Assembly: GCA_965248805.1 (NCBI GenBank)
Contig: CBDFKJ010000006.1
Coordinates: forward strand, 330,978 to 394,977
DNA length: 64,000 bases
From: Alphaproteobacteria bacterium
GTDB lineage: Bacteria; Pseudomonadota; Alphaproteobacteria; UBA6615
Direction of reading: 5' to 3'
Shown here: positions 1-8,909 of the stretch, one piece after another
How positions within the stretch are numbered: the first letter of the stretch is position 1
Layout: each line of letters begins with the position of its first letter
Made by a program: the position numbers and the translations under genes
The notes under the pieces: generated by a model
What the model saw: the letters and a program-made list of their open reading frames with translations, nothing else
What the model was told of the DNA's origin: nothing
Databases searched by the model: none

Positions 1-456
1 AAAGGCGACATAGACGAAGCCAGCCCAAGTGGCCACGTAGGTAAAGTCCGAGACCCACAGCCTGTTCGGTGCCGGAGCGTGGAACTGGCGATTGACCTTG
101 TCGAGCGGGCAAGGCGCGGCCTGGTCGCTGACTGTCGTGCGGATCGGCTTGCCGCGGATCACCCCTTGCAAGCCCATCTCCCGCATCAGCCGCTCAACAG
201 TGCAGCGAGCGACATCGAAGCCTTCCCGCTGCAATTGTCGCCACACCTTGCGAACGCCGTAGACACGGAAGTTCTCTTTGAAGACGCGTCGGACCTCGAC
301 CTTGAGAGCCATATCCCGTTTCGCCCGTGCCGACAGCCTGGCCGGATCGCGCCGCCTGGCCACATGGTCGTAGTAGGTCGACGGGGCGATCGGCAGCACC
401 TTGCAGATCGGCTCGACCCCGTGCGCCTCGCGGTGATCGCCGATGAACGCGATCAT
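1..456 (-). CDS. IS3-family transposase OrfB (integrase core), N-terminal part only, truncated by the window edge
   Basis: Own translation of the minus strand from the ATG at 456: [103 protein letters not shown]...[22 protein letters not shown]. It overlaps the OrfA end as in a -1 frameshift arrangement. It is not in the ORF track because it runs off the edge. Confidence 0.8.
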   Translation of the reverse strand, partial: MIAFIGDHREAHGVEPICKVLPIAPSTYYDHVARRRDPARLSARAKRDMALKVEVRRVFKENFRVYGVRKVWRQLQREGFDVARCTVERLMREMGLQGVIRGKPIRTTVSDQAAPCPLDKVNRQFHAPAPNRLWVSDFTYVATWAGFVYVAF

Positions 457-779
457 GGCTTGAACCGGCGGTCGAGCTCCGCCTGGGCAAAATAGGCGCT
501 CGCCTTGCGCAGGATCTCGTTGACCTGCCGGAGGTCGCGGTTCTCCCGCTCCAGGGCTTTCAGCCGCTCGGCGACCTCGCTGGGGACGCCGGCGCGCACG
601 CCGCTATCGCGCTCGAACCTCTTCACCCACTCATTGAGTGTCTGCGCCGTGCAGCCGATCTTCCCAGCTATCGAGGAAACAGCCGCCCAACGCGAGGCGT
701 GTTCGCCCTCGTGATCCACAACCATCCGCACCGCACGGGCGCGAACCTCAGAAGAAAACCTGTTCCTTGTCTTGCTCAT
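453..779 (-). CDS. IS3-family transposase OrfA (HTH/leucine-zipper part)
   Basis: [20 protein letters not shown]...[36 protein letters not shown] is a typical IS3 OrfA. GGAG lies 8 nt upstream of the ATG at 779. The ORF-track start at 800 is probably too long. Confidence 0.85.
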   Translation of the reverse strand: MSKTRNRFSSEVRARAVRMVVDHEGEHASRWAAVSSIAGKIGCTAQTLNEWVKRFERDSGVRAGVPSEVAERLKALERENRDLRQVNEILRKASAYFAQAELDRRFKP

Positions 780-1139
780 AATGGGGCTCCACTTTCTCAA
801 GAGTTGGAGCCTCCGCCAAACCCGGAGCGGTTCAGTTTTACCCGTTCAACGCCTTCCGCTCATTGCTCGGAATCGCAGGAGAGGCCGAGGCTCCAACCTA
901 CGCCGAGCTATATTCCGGCGAGTGGAAGCATCCTACATGTAGTGGGTGTACGAATTAACCGGATAGGCACGGTTCAATCTTCATCGCGGTTCCCACTGCT
1001 AATAGAGGATGCGAAGTACATATTTCTATTTATGCAAGCACGGATATACCGCTCGCGTCAAATGCGAGTAGCAAGGTCGGCCCCGGCTGGTTAGCGGGTG
1101 GAGTGCGGACCGCAGAGCTTTCGCACGAACCTGGGCGTC

Positions 1140-1998
1140 CTAGTGGATTGATTCCAACGTTTGGAACCCTCGGTTTCGGGCTGCGATGATGTCGTCGGGG
1201 TCGGCTTTCGATATGAATGGCTGTGGGTTGGCCGCATTGTATTCGCGGACGAAGCGGTTGATTGCGGCCTGGAGATCGACGACGGAATGGAAGACGCCGT
1301 GCTTGAGCCGCCGCCGGGTGAGTTTTGCGAAGAAGCCCTCGACGGCATTGAGCCACGAGCAGGAGGTCGGTGTGAAGTGGAAAGTCCAGCGCGGATGGCG
1401 GGCGAGCCAGGCGCGGACCTTGTCCTTGTTGTGCGCCGCGTAGTTGTCGACGATCGCGTGGATGGCCTTGTCCGCCGGCACCGTGCGCTCGATGCGGTTG
1501 AGGAAGCGGATGAACTCCTGATGGCGGTGGCGCTGCATGTTCTGGCCGATCACCGTTCCGTCCAGAACGTTGAGCGCCGCAAACAGCGTGGTCGTGCCGT
1601 GCCGTTTGTAGTCATGGGTCATGGTGCCGGCGCGTCCCTTCTTCATCGGCAGACCGGCGGTCGAGCGCCTGGATCTGTGACTTCTCATCGATCGACAACA
1701 CCACCGCATGGGCCGGCGGGTCGACATACAGGCCGACGATATCGGTGAGTTTCTCGGCGAAGGCAGGGTCGGTCGACAGCTTGAAGTTGCGCCAGCGGTG
1801 CGGGCTGAGACCGTGAGCCTTCCAGATCGCCTGCACCGTCGAGGCGGCAATACCGGCCGCCCTGGCCATCGCGCGCAACGTCCAGTGGGTCGCCTCAAAC
1901 GGCGGCGGTTGCTGCGTCAGGCGCACGATCTCGGCGACACGATCGAGCGGGACCGGCGCCTTGCCGGGCGGACACCACAGCAAAATACGGAATCCCAA
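1140..1998 (-). CDS. IS630-family DDE transposase encoded in two reading frames (frame change near 1650); start codon uncertain
   Basis: The upstream frame gives ...[34 protein letters not shown]...[16 protein letters not shown]. The downstream frame gives [29 protein letters not shown]...VDNYAAHNK...[13 protein letters not shown] (DDE-type). There is no in-frame ATG inside the element, only TTG candidates at 1998 and 1983. The stop TAG uses flank base 1140. Confidence 0.7.
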
Positions 1999-2029
1999 TT
2001 CGGACTCTTTCGTTCCGATCCCTCCACTA
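1141..2029 (-). mobile_element. IS630-family insertion sequence, copy A (889 bp)
   Basis: Imperfect terminal inverted repeats TAGTGGATTGATTCCAACG (1141..) and TAGTGGAGGGATCGGAACG (reverse complement of ..2029). Flanks reconstruct a C-TA-G target at both ends. Identical to copy B (9011..9899) except for 3 clustered substitutions. Confidence 0.85.
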
Positions 2030-2440
2030 GTCCCGGTCCGTGATCCGGCTGCGGGCCTGCTTCGTTGCACCCCGCCGTCGTTTCGACTCCAACCGGCGGC
2101 CTTTGGCGCCGGCCGAGGGTCGGGTCGGGCGGCGCGGTGTGGGCGCGGTCGCCGCCTGACGCAGGAGGGCCAGCAGGCGCTCGAGGGCATCGGCGCGGTT
2201 GCGTTCCTGGCTGCGGAACCGCCGCGCGTGCAGCACCAGCGTGCCGTCGCGGCCGAGCCGGCGGCCCGCCAATGTCCTCAGCCGCGCGTGCACGTCATCG
2301 GGCAAGACCGCGGTGTCGAAGCGGAGCTCGACGGCGGTCGCGACCTTGTTCACATTTTGCCCGCCCGGACCCGGTGCGCGCACGAAGCGCCAAGTCAGCG
2401 CCGCCTCGGCGATCGCTAGTGAATCCGTGATTCTGATCAT
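2027..2440 (-). CDS. arfB: Alternative ribosome-rescue factor ArfB (peptidyl-tRNA hydrolase, GGQ family)
   Basis: MIRITDSLAIAEAALTWRFVRAPGPGGQNVNKVATAVELRFD... has the GGQ motif and a basic C-terminal tail (KRRRGATKQARSRI). It is 137 aa from the ATG at 2440. Its stop codon TAG coincides with the IS630 CTAG target. Confidence 0.85.
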   Translation of the reverse strand: MIRITDSLAIAEAALTWRFVRAPGPGGQNVNKVATAVELRFDTAVLPDDVHARLRTLAGRRLGRDGTLVLHARRFRSQERNRADALERLLALLRQAATAPTPRRPTRPSAGAKGRRLESKRRRGATKQARSRITDRD

Positions 2441-2568
2441 GTCTGCCACGTGGTCGCCAGCTGCAATCCATTCAACCTTGACTGAGAACAAATCGTGAAT
2501 ATGCTGTTGTTGCCTAAATGTTCAGGATGACACCGGCGCTACATTTCGTTAGGTATGCGCGCCTCGCG

Positions 2569-2580
2569 ACAACATGTTGT
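2569..2580. promoter_or_regulatory. Perfect 12-bp palindrome ACAACATGTTGT upstream of nrdA (possible NrdR-box-like site)
   Basis: Read directly. It is centred about 75 bp upstream of the nrdA ATG. It resembles only part of the 16-bp NrdR box consensus as I recall it. Confidence 0.3.
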
Positions 2581-2608
2581 GGCTTATGCCCAATATCCAC
2601 GCTAGGCG

Positions 2609-2628
2609 TTATCCACACCTGTGGATAA
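2609..2628. promoter_or_regulatory. Two inverted perfect DnaA-box 9-mers, TTATCCACA cc TGTGGATAA
   Basis: TTATCCACA (2609..2617) and its reverse complement (2620..2628) form a 20-bp palindrome ending 20 bp upstream of the nrdA start. A weaker AATATCCAC sits at 2592..2600. Confidence 0.5.
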
Positions 2629-2648
2629 CTCACAATCAAGGGGGCGAT

Positions 2649-4559
2649 ATGGACGGTTCGGGGGGCTTTCTCAGCGGTGCGGGACTTGTGGATGAGGCCA
2701 CCATCAACCGTCGTCAGAACGAGGTGGGAGTGCGAATCGTCATCGAGCCGGAACGCGATGCGTTTCTGACCACCTTCGGCCGCGCCACGTTGGAGGACCG
2801 CTATCTGCTACCCGGCGAATCGATCCAGGACCTGTTCGCCCGCGTGGCGATGCATTTCGCCGACGATTCCGCCCACGCCCAACGCCTCTACGACTACATC
2901 TCCAACCTGTGGTTCATGCCGGCGACGCCGGTCCTGTCCAACGGCGGCACCGCGCGCGGGCTGCCGATTTCCTGCTTCCTCAACGAGGCCGGCGACAGTC
3001 TGGAGGGCATCGTCGATCTCTGGAACGAAAACGTGTGGCTGGCGGCGCGCGGCGGCGGCATCGGCAGCTATTGGGGCAATCTGCGCTCGATCGGCGAAAA
3101 GGTCGGCATGAACGGCAAGACCTCCGGCGTGGTGCCGTTCATTCGCGTCATGGATTCGCTGACGCTGGCCATCTCGCAAGGCTCGCTCCGGCGCGGCTCG
3201 GCGGCGGTCTATTTACCCGTCAGCCATCCCGAGATCGAGGAGTTTGTCGAGCTACGCCGGCCGACCGGCGGCGATCCCAACCGCAAGGCCATGAACCTGC
3301 ATCACGGCGTGTTGGTGCCCGACGAATTCATGCGCGCGGTCGAGGCCGACGCCGAGTGGCCGCTGACGAGTCCCAAGGAGGGCGCGGTCATCCGCACGGT
3401 CTCCGCGCGCGCCCTGTGGATCCGCATCCTCACCTCGCGCATCGAGACCGGCGAGCCCTACATTGTCTTCATCGATACGGTGAACCGCCACGTGCCCGAG
3501 CATCACAAGCTCGCAGGCCTCACCGTCAAGACCTCGAACCTGTGCAGCGAGATCACGTTGCCCACGGGTCCGGACCATCACGGCCATGAGCGTACCGCGG
3601 TCTGTTGCCTGTGCTCGCTCAATCTCGAGACCTTCCTGGAGTGGCGCGACCACCCGACCTTCATCGAGGATGTGATGCGTTTCCTCGACAATGTGATCGA
3701 GGACTTCATCCGCCGCGCGCCGAGCGAATTTGCCCGCGCCCGCTATGCCGCGGCGCGCGAGCGTTCCGTCGGTTTGGGCGTCATGGGCTTTCACTCCTTC
3801 CTGCAGGACCGCATGGTGCCGTTCGAGTCGGCGATGGCCAAGGCATGGAACGTCAACATGTTCCGCCACATCCGCGCCCAGGCCGACCGCGCCAGCCGGA
3901 CGTTGGCGGCCGAGCGCGGCGCCTGCCCCGACGCCGCCGACTACGGTGTCGAGGAGCGCTTTTCCAACAAGATGGCGATTGCGCCGACCGCCTCGATCTC
4001 GATCATCTGCGGCGGCGCCTCGCCGGGCATCGAGCCGATCGCCGCCAACAGCTTTACCCACAAGACGCTGTCGGGCTCGTTTACCGTGCGCTCGAAGGCG
4101 TTGCGGCGCGTGCTCGCCGACAAGGGCCGCGACACCGACACCGTGTGGTCGTCGATCACCGCCCATGAAGGCTCGGTGCAACATCTGGACTTCCTGTCGG
4201 ATGACGAGAAGGATGTCTACAAGACCGCCTTCGAACTCGACCAGCGCTGGCTGATCACCCACGCCGCCGACCGCACACCGCACGTTTGCCAGTCGCAATC
4301 GCTGAACGTTTTCCTGCCCGCCGACGTGCAAAAGCGCGATCTGCACCAGATCCATTTCCAGGCGTGGAAGAAGGGCGTGAAGAGCCTCTACTACCTGCGC
4401 TCGAAGTCGTTGCAGCGTTCCGAATCCGTCGCTTGGACGGCACCCGCCGCCAGCGCCGCCGCGAGCGCCGCCACCGATATACCGGTGGTTGGCCACACGC
4501 CGGCGGTCGAGGTCTCTGCCGCCCGCGTCGACTACGAGGAGTGCCTGGCGTGTCAATGA
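2649..4559 (+). CDS. nrdA: Ribonucleoside-diphosphate reductase alpha subunit, class I, no N-terminal ATP-cone
   Basis: 636 aa from the ATG at 2649, with AAGGGGG upstream. Motifs: PVLSNGG, ISCFLNE, KTSNLCSEITLPTG, C-terminal redox pair CLACQ. The paired R2 gene lies downstream. Confidence 0.9.
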   Translation: MDGSGGFLSGAGLVDEATINRRQNEVGVRIVIEPERDAFLTTFGRATLEDRYLLPGESIQDLFARVAMHFADDSAHAQRLYDYISNLWFMPATPVLSNGGTARGLPISCFLNEAGDSLEGIVDLWNENVWLAARGGGIGSYWGNLRSIGEKVGMNGKTSGVVPFIRVMDSLTLAISQGSLRRGSAAVYLPVSHPEIEEFVELRRPTGGDPNRKAMNLHHGVLVPDEFMRAVEADAEWPLTSPKEGAVIRTVSARALWIRILTSRIETGEPYIVFIDTVNRHVPEHHKLAGLTVKTSNLCSEITLPTGPDHHGHERTAVCCLCSLNLETFLEWRDHPTFIEDVMRFLDNVIEDFIRRAPSEFARARYAAARERSVGLGVMGFHSFLQDRMVPFESAMAKAWNVNMFRHIRAQADRASRTLAAERGACPDAADYGVEERFSNKMAIAPTASISIICGGASPGIEPIAANSFTHKTLSGSFTVRSKALRRVLADKGRDTDTVWSSITAHEGSVQHLDFLSDDEKDVYKTAFELDQRWLITHAADRTPHVCQSQSLNVFLPADVQKRDLHQIHFQAWKKGVKSLYYLRSKSLQRSESVAWTAPAASAAASAATDIPVVGHTPAVEVSAARVDYEECLACQ

Positions 4560-4655
4560 CGCAGGGGATTTGGAGCACTAAGTATGAATTGACCTTGCCC
4601 CCTGGAGATCTCCCGCTTTGGAGTTAGGTCTGTTTCCTGACGGAGGAGACGGACG

Positions 4656-4920
4656 ATGAAGCGGAGCCGATTTTCGGAAGAACAGATCATCGGGATATTG
4701 AAGGAACAGCGCGGGGATGTCGGCGGCCGAGCTGTGCCGCAGGCACGGGATATCGGATGCGACGTTCTACACGTGGCGGTCGAAGTACGGCGGCATGGAG
4801 GTGTCGGACGCGAAGCGGCTGAAGGCGATGGAGGACGAGAACCGGAAGCTGAAGAAGCTGCTGGCGGAGCAGATGTTGGATAACGCGACGCTGAAAGAGA
4901 TGCTGGCAAAAAACTTCTGA
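4656..4920 (+). pseudogene. IS407-like transposase OrfA, frameshifted near 4705-4716
   Basis: MKRSRFSEEQIIGILKEQ... in one frame continues as [67 protein letters not shown] in another. Confidence 0.8.
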
Positions 4921-4943
4921 CGCCCGGATCGAGGAGGAAAGCC

Positions 4944-5776
4944 GTGAACTGGGCGATAACAGACAAGAGCTATTCGCAGCGCCGGGCGTGTTCGCTGGTC
5001 GGCCTGGACCGGAAGAGCTTCCGCTATGTGTCGAGGCGGCCTGATGATGACACCATCCGCAAACGACTGCATGAGCTTGCATCGCGGCGCCGTCGCTTCG
5101 GCTATCGCCGTCTGCATATCCTGCTGCGGCGCGAGGGTGTCGAGATGAACCACAAGAAGCTGTACCGGCTGTACAGGGAAGAGCGCTTAACGGTTCGCAA
5201 ACGCGGCGGCCGCAAGCGGGCGCTGGGGACCCGGGCGCCGATGGCGATCCCGCGAGGGCCGAACCAGCGCTGGTCGTTGGACTTCGTGTCGGATGCGCTC
5301 ATGGACAGCCGGCGGTTCCGCATCCTGTGCGTGATCGACGACTTCAGCCGGGAGTGTCTGGCCACGGCGGTGGACAACTCGATCTCCGGCGTCCGTGTCG
5401 CACGCGAGCTGGATCGGATCGCCGAGATGCGCGGCTATCCCTGCATGGTGGTCAGCGACAACGGCACCGAGCTGACATCGAACGCGATCCTGCGCTGGCA
5501 GGAGGAACGCGGTGTCGAGTGGCACTACATCGCACCCGGCAGGCCGATGCAGAACGGCCTGGTGGAATCATTCAACGGGAGGCTGCGCGACGAATGTCTG
5601 AACGAGCACCTGTTCGACAGCTACGGCCAGGCGAAGAAGATCGTCGAACCTGGCGCCACGACTACAACACCGATCGGCCCCATACGAGCCTCGACGGGCT
5701 CACTCCGATGCAGTATGCAACCCGGTCCCAACAGGGCCACAACCGGAACAGATTCTACTCAGCTGTGGGGGCATAA
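4944..5776 (+). pseudogene. IS407-like transposase OrfB (DDE integrase core), frameshifted near 5645
   Basis: ...[10 protein letters not shown]...[54 protein letters not shown]...AKKIVE then changes frame to [23 protein letters not shown]... Confidence 0.8.
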
Positions 5777-5802
5777 CGGGGGCAAGGTCACTCCGAGACG
5801 CG

Positions 5803-6212
5803 ATGGAAGGTGCGGCCAGAAACAATTTGAGATTGTTGGCGCAAATCATTCACGGCATGGTAGAAAATAAGGCTCTACACGCGTCAGATTTTAACCGCTA
5901 CGCCTCCATCCTGGCGCCGTTGTCGTTTGATGAACTGAACATCCTTGGCCTCATGGCACGCAATGGAGGGCACTGCTACGAATCGGCCAAAGCAAGCAGA
6001 TATTGCAGGCGCTTATGAGAACAGGTCTAGTGTGTTTCACGCAGGGATTGGAATCGGAATACAAAGAAAGAGAGCCGGACTTAGAACAAGATCACACGAC
6101 AGACACAATCAAGTGGATTGAGAGTGACTTCTGGACAAATTACGAATTTACGGACCTCATGGCGGAAATACTTCAATATACAAATAACTTTGGCCCGACG
6201 GATTTGAGGTAA
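5803..6212 (+). pseudogene. AT-rich fragment with two abutting ORFs (possible frameshifted gene remnant of foreign origin)
   Basis: GC is visibly lower than in the surroundings. ORFs 5803..6018 and 6003..6212 overlap in different frames. I recognise no family. Confidence 0.3.
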
Positions 6213-6264
6213 TGATGCTCAACAAGCCAATTGTTTTTCAGTCCCACCACCGAGAGCTTGCACC

Positions 6265-7224
6265 ATGCCGCTCCTAGACGCCCGCATCGCCTATAAGCCG
6301 CTGGAGTATCCGTGGGCGTATGACGCCTGGCTGATGCAGCAGCGCGTGCACTGGCTGCCGGAGGAGGTGCCGCTGGCCGACGACGTCAAGGACTGGCACC
6401 GGCGACTGACGGGCGCCGAGCGCAACCTGCTCACGCACATCTTCCGCTTCTTCACCCAGTCCGATGTCGAGGTGAACAACTGCTACATGAAGCACTATGC
6501 GCAGGTGTTCAAACCCACCGAAGTGCAGATGATGCTGGCGGCATTCTCCAATATGGAGACCATCCACATCGCCGCCTACTCGCACCTGCTCGACACCATC
6601 GGCATCCCCGAGGCCGAATACGCGGCGTTCCTCAACTACGAAGAGATGCGCGCCAAGTACGACTACCTGCACGAGTTCAACGCAGACACCAAGACCGACA
6701 TCGCCAAGACGCTGGCCATGTTCGGCGGCTTTACCGAGGGATTGCAGCTGTTCGCCTCGTTCGCGATCCTGCTCAACTTCCCGCGCTTCGGCAAGATGAA
6801 GGGCATGGGCCAGATCGTGTCCTGGTCGGCACGCGACGAGTCGCTGCACACCAACGCCATCATTCGCCTGTTCCGCACCTTCATCGCCGAGAACCCGGAG
6901 ATCTGGACCGATGACCTGCGGCGCGACATCACCATCGCCTGCGAGCATGTGGTGACGCTGGAGGATGCGTTCATCGACCTCGCCTTCGAGCTCGGCGGCG
7001 TCCACGGGCTGCAAGCCGGGGAGGTCAAACGCTACATCCGTTACATCGCCGACCGCCGCCTGGCGCAGCTCGGCCTGCAGCCGCTTTACCGGCTGGAGGA
7101 GAACCCGTTGCCGTGGATGGAGGAGATCCTCAACGGCGTCGAGCACGCCAATTTCTTCGAAAACCGTGCCACCGAATACTCCAAGGCCGCGACCCAAGGT
7201 TCCTGGGAGGATGCGTTCGACTAG
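6265..7224 (+). CDS. nrdB: Ribonucleoside-diphosphate reductase beta subunit (R2)
   Basis: 319 aa with the ferritin-like R2 layout: FFTQSDVEVNN, AFSNMETIHIAAYSHLLDT (candidate radical Tyr in AAYSH), FGGFTEGLQLFASFAILL, SWSARDESLHT. Confidence 0.9.
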   Translation: MPLLDARIAYKPLEYPWAYDAWLMQQRVHWLPEEVPLADDVKDWHRRLTGAERNLLTHIFRFFTQSDVEVNNCYMKHYAQVFKPTEVQMMLAAFSNMETIHIAAYSHLLDTIGIPEAEYAAFLNYEEMRAKYDYLHEFNADTKTDIAKTLAMFGGFTEGLQLFASFAILLNFPRFGKMKGMGQIVSWSARDESLHTNAIIRLFRTFIAENPEIWTDDLRRDITIACEHVVTLEDAFIDLAFELGGVHGLQAGEVKRYIRYIADRRLAQLGLQPLYRLEENPLPWMEEILNGVEHANFFENRATEYSKAATQGSWEDAFD

Positions 7225-7266
7225 GCTCCCGAGGGGAGTGACCGGCTGCTTTGAAGGAGGCTGCCT

Positions 7267-7509
7267 ATGGTCGGGAAAGGGTCCTACAAGGGGTATGAGA
7301 TACAGGCTGTGCCATATCATCTGATCGATCGGGACGGTTGGACCATCGACATCTACATTTCACGTCATTCGGGGAGCCATACCCGGATCCGAAAATTCGG
7401 CAACACCGATACGTGCGGGACCAAGCTGGAGGCGATCACGCGCTCCCTCGAATTCGGCGAGCGGATCATCGATGGCCAACTGTTGAGCTGCTCAGTCGCC
7501 GATCTATAG
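7267..7509 (+). CDS. Hypothetical small protein (80 aa)
   Basis: ORF only, with plausible composition. No recognised motif. Confidence 0.35.
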   Translation: MVGKGSYKGYEIQAVPYHLIDRDGWTIDIYISRHSGSHTRIRKFGNTDTCGTKLEAITRSLEFGERIIDGQLLSCSVADL

Positions 7510-7537
7510 CCCTACGGCGCTCTAGGTCGTTATCAAG

Positions 7538-7864
7538 CTAGGCTGGGCGCGGCGCGAACAGGATGACGGCCATGCCGATGAGGCAAATGGCGGCGCCGAT
7601 GACGTCCCAGCGATCGGGACGTGACCCCTCAACGAGCCACAACCAAGCCAGCGACGCGGCGATATAGACGCCACCATAGGCGGCATAGGCGCGCCCGGCT
7701 AAGGCGCTGTCGACCAGCGTCAGGAGATAGGCAAACAGCGCCAGCGCGGCCATGCCGGGGATCAGCCACGCGGCCGAGTGGTCCAGGCGCAGCCACGCCC
7801 AAAAGGCGAAACAGCCGGCGATCTCGGCAACCGCCGCACCGATATAGGCGAGGATCGATATCAC
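7538..7864 (-). CDS. ynfA: YnfA/UPF0060-family small inner-membrane protein
   Basis: 108 aa with four hydrophobic spans. [14 protein letters not shown] and [17 protein letters not shown] are typical of YnfA. GTG start, with AGGA 8-11 nt upstream. Confidence 0.8.
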   Translation of the reverse strand: MISILAYIGAAVAEIAGCFAFWAWLRLDHSAAWLIPGMAALALFAYLLTLVDSALAGRAYAAYGGVYIAASLAWLWLVEGSRPDRWDVIGAAICLIGMAVILFAPRPA

Positions 7865-7879
7865 GCCGTCATCCTACAA

Positions 7880-8909
7880 GGCTCAATTCGCGAAGCGTAT
7901 GCGTAGTGGTAGACTGTTCCCCGATTGGCGTGGGAGATCAGGCAGATGGATCGCGAGCGGTTTCGCGACTGGTTTTCGCATGTTGATGAGTTGACGGCGG
8001 CGCAGCGCAAGGAGGTCGCGGCGGTGTTGTCGGAGCTGTCGGAGGGCGCAGCCTCGCTGGCGGCGATCGAACTGGGCGTGGACGACGAGCGGTGCTGTCC
8101 TCATTGCGGCGGCGGCGGGGCGGTGTCGCGGGGCAAGGCACGCGGTCTGCGTCGCTTATCGCTGCAAGGCCTGTGGGAAGACATTCGGCGCGCTCACCGG
8201 CACGGCGCTGTCGGGCCTGCACCACAAGGAGCGCTGGCTGGCCTTCGGCGCGTCGCTTGCCGAAGGCGAGACGATACGAGAGGCTGCCGAGCGCTGCGGG
8301 ATTGCGCCGAGCACGGCGTTTCGCTGGCGCCACCGCTTTCTGGAGGCGGTTCGGCAAGCGCCGGACCGGCTTGCCGGGATCGTCGAGGCCGACGAGACCT
8401 TCGTTCTTGAGAGCCGGAAGGGAGAGCGGAAGCTGGACCGCAAGCCGCGCCGGCGCGGCGGCAAGGCCCGCAAACGCGGCCTCTCGCGCGAGCAGGTGCC
8501 GGTCCTGGTCGCCGCCGACCGAGCCGGCGCGACCCTCAGCCATACCCTGCCCGCTCTCAACGCAGACAGCGTGAAGGAGGCGCTGGAGCCGGTCGTCGCC
8601 CGCGATGCCTTGCTCGTCTCCGACGCCAACCGCTGCTATCCGCCCGTCGCGGCGGCGCTCGACATCCCTCACGAGAGCATCAACGGCGCCGCCGGCGAGC
8701 GGGTCCGCGGCGCCCTGCACATCCAGACGGTCAACAGCCGCCACAGCCAGATCAAGGGCTTCCTGCGAGGCTTCCACGGCATCGCTACCAAGTACCTCGA
8801 CAGCTATCTCAGGTGGTTCCATCTCATCGAACTCGGCGACCGGCCGTCCCCGAGAGCCTGTCTCCAAGCGGCGATAGCTAAACCATGCCTACGGTTTGCG
8901 AATTGAGCC
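7880..8909 (+). mobile_element. IS1595-family insertion sequence with 8-bp target-site duplication
   Basis: IRs GGCTCAATTCGC at 7880 and, reverse-complemented, ending at 8909. Direct repeat TCCTACAA at 7872..7879 and 8910..8917. Confidence 0.85.
7946..8906 (+). pseudogene. IS1595-family (ISXO2-like) transposase, frameshifted near 8155-8160
   Basis: MDRERFRDWFSHVDELTAAQRKEV...CPHCGGGGAVSRGKARGLRR then changes frame to YRCKACGKTFGALTGTALSGLHHKERWLAF...IVEADETFVLESRKG...VPVLVAADRAG...VSDANRCYPP...IQTVNSRHSQIKGFLRGFHGIATKYLDSYLRWFH. An extra T in CGCTTATCGC would explain it. Confidence 0.8.

Larger units (their letters stand above)
1..834 (-). mobile_element. IS3-family insertion sequence, partial (continues beyond the left edge)
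   Basis: OrfA at 453..779 plus an overlapping OrfB frame. The minus-strand terminus TGAACCGCTCCGGGTTTGG ends at 834 (TG...CA type end). Confidence 0.8.
4590..5790 (+). mobile_element. IS3-family (IS407-group-like) insertion sequence, decayed
   Basis: Terminal inverted repeats TGACCTTGCCCCC at 4590 and, reverse-complemented, at 5790. OrfA and OrfB each carry a frameshift. No matching 4-bp target duplication (GAAT versus CTCC). Confidence 0.8.

Noticed and set aside
79-495. 138-aa plus-strand ORF at the left edge
   Set aside because: It is antisense to the clearly recognisable IS3 OrfB frame on the minus strand.
835-1140. Partly AT-rich 300-bp spacer between the IS3 and IS630 elements, considered as a possible ncRNA or gene
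   Set aside because: It has no convincing ORF, structure or motif. It is most simply a remnant of the original arfB-downstream region, disrupted by two insertions.
2569-2628. Canonical tandem NrdR boxes upstream of nrdA
   Set aside because: Only one palindrome loosely resembles the NrdR consensus. The second palindrome is a perfect pair of DnaA boxes, and the 44-bp spacing does not match the usual NrdR-box spacing as I recall it. The call is kept as uncertain, not asserted.
3252-4556. 434-aa minus-strand ORF antisense to nrdA. Similar long antisense ORFs occur at 6274..7320, 30666..32423, 45837..47246, 48273..49880, 19153..19941 and 58035..58820.
   Set aside because: These are typical shadow ORFs of high-GC DNA. 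Their translations are Arg/Ala/Gly-rich and motif-free, whereas the opposite strand encodes well-recognised proteins.
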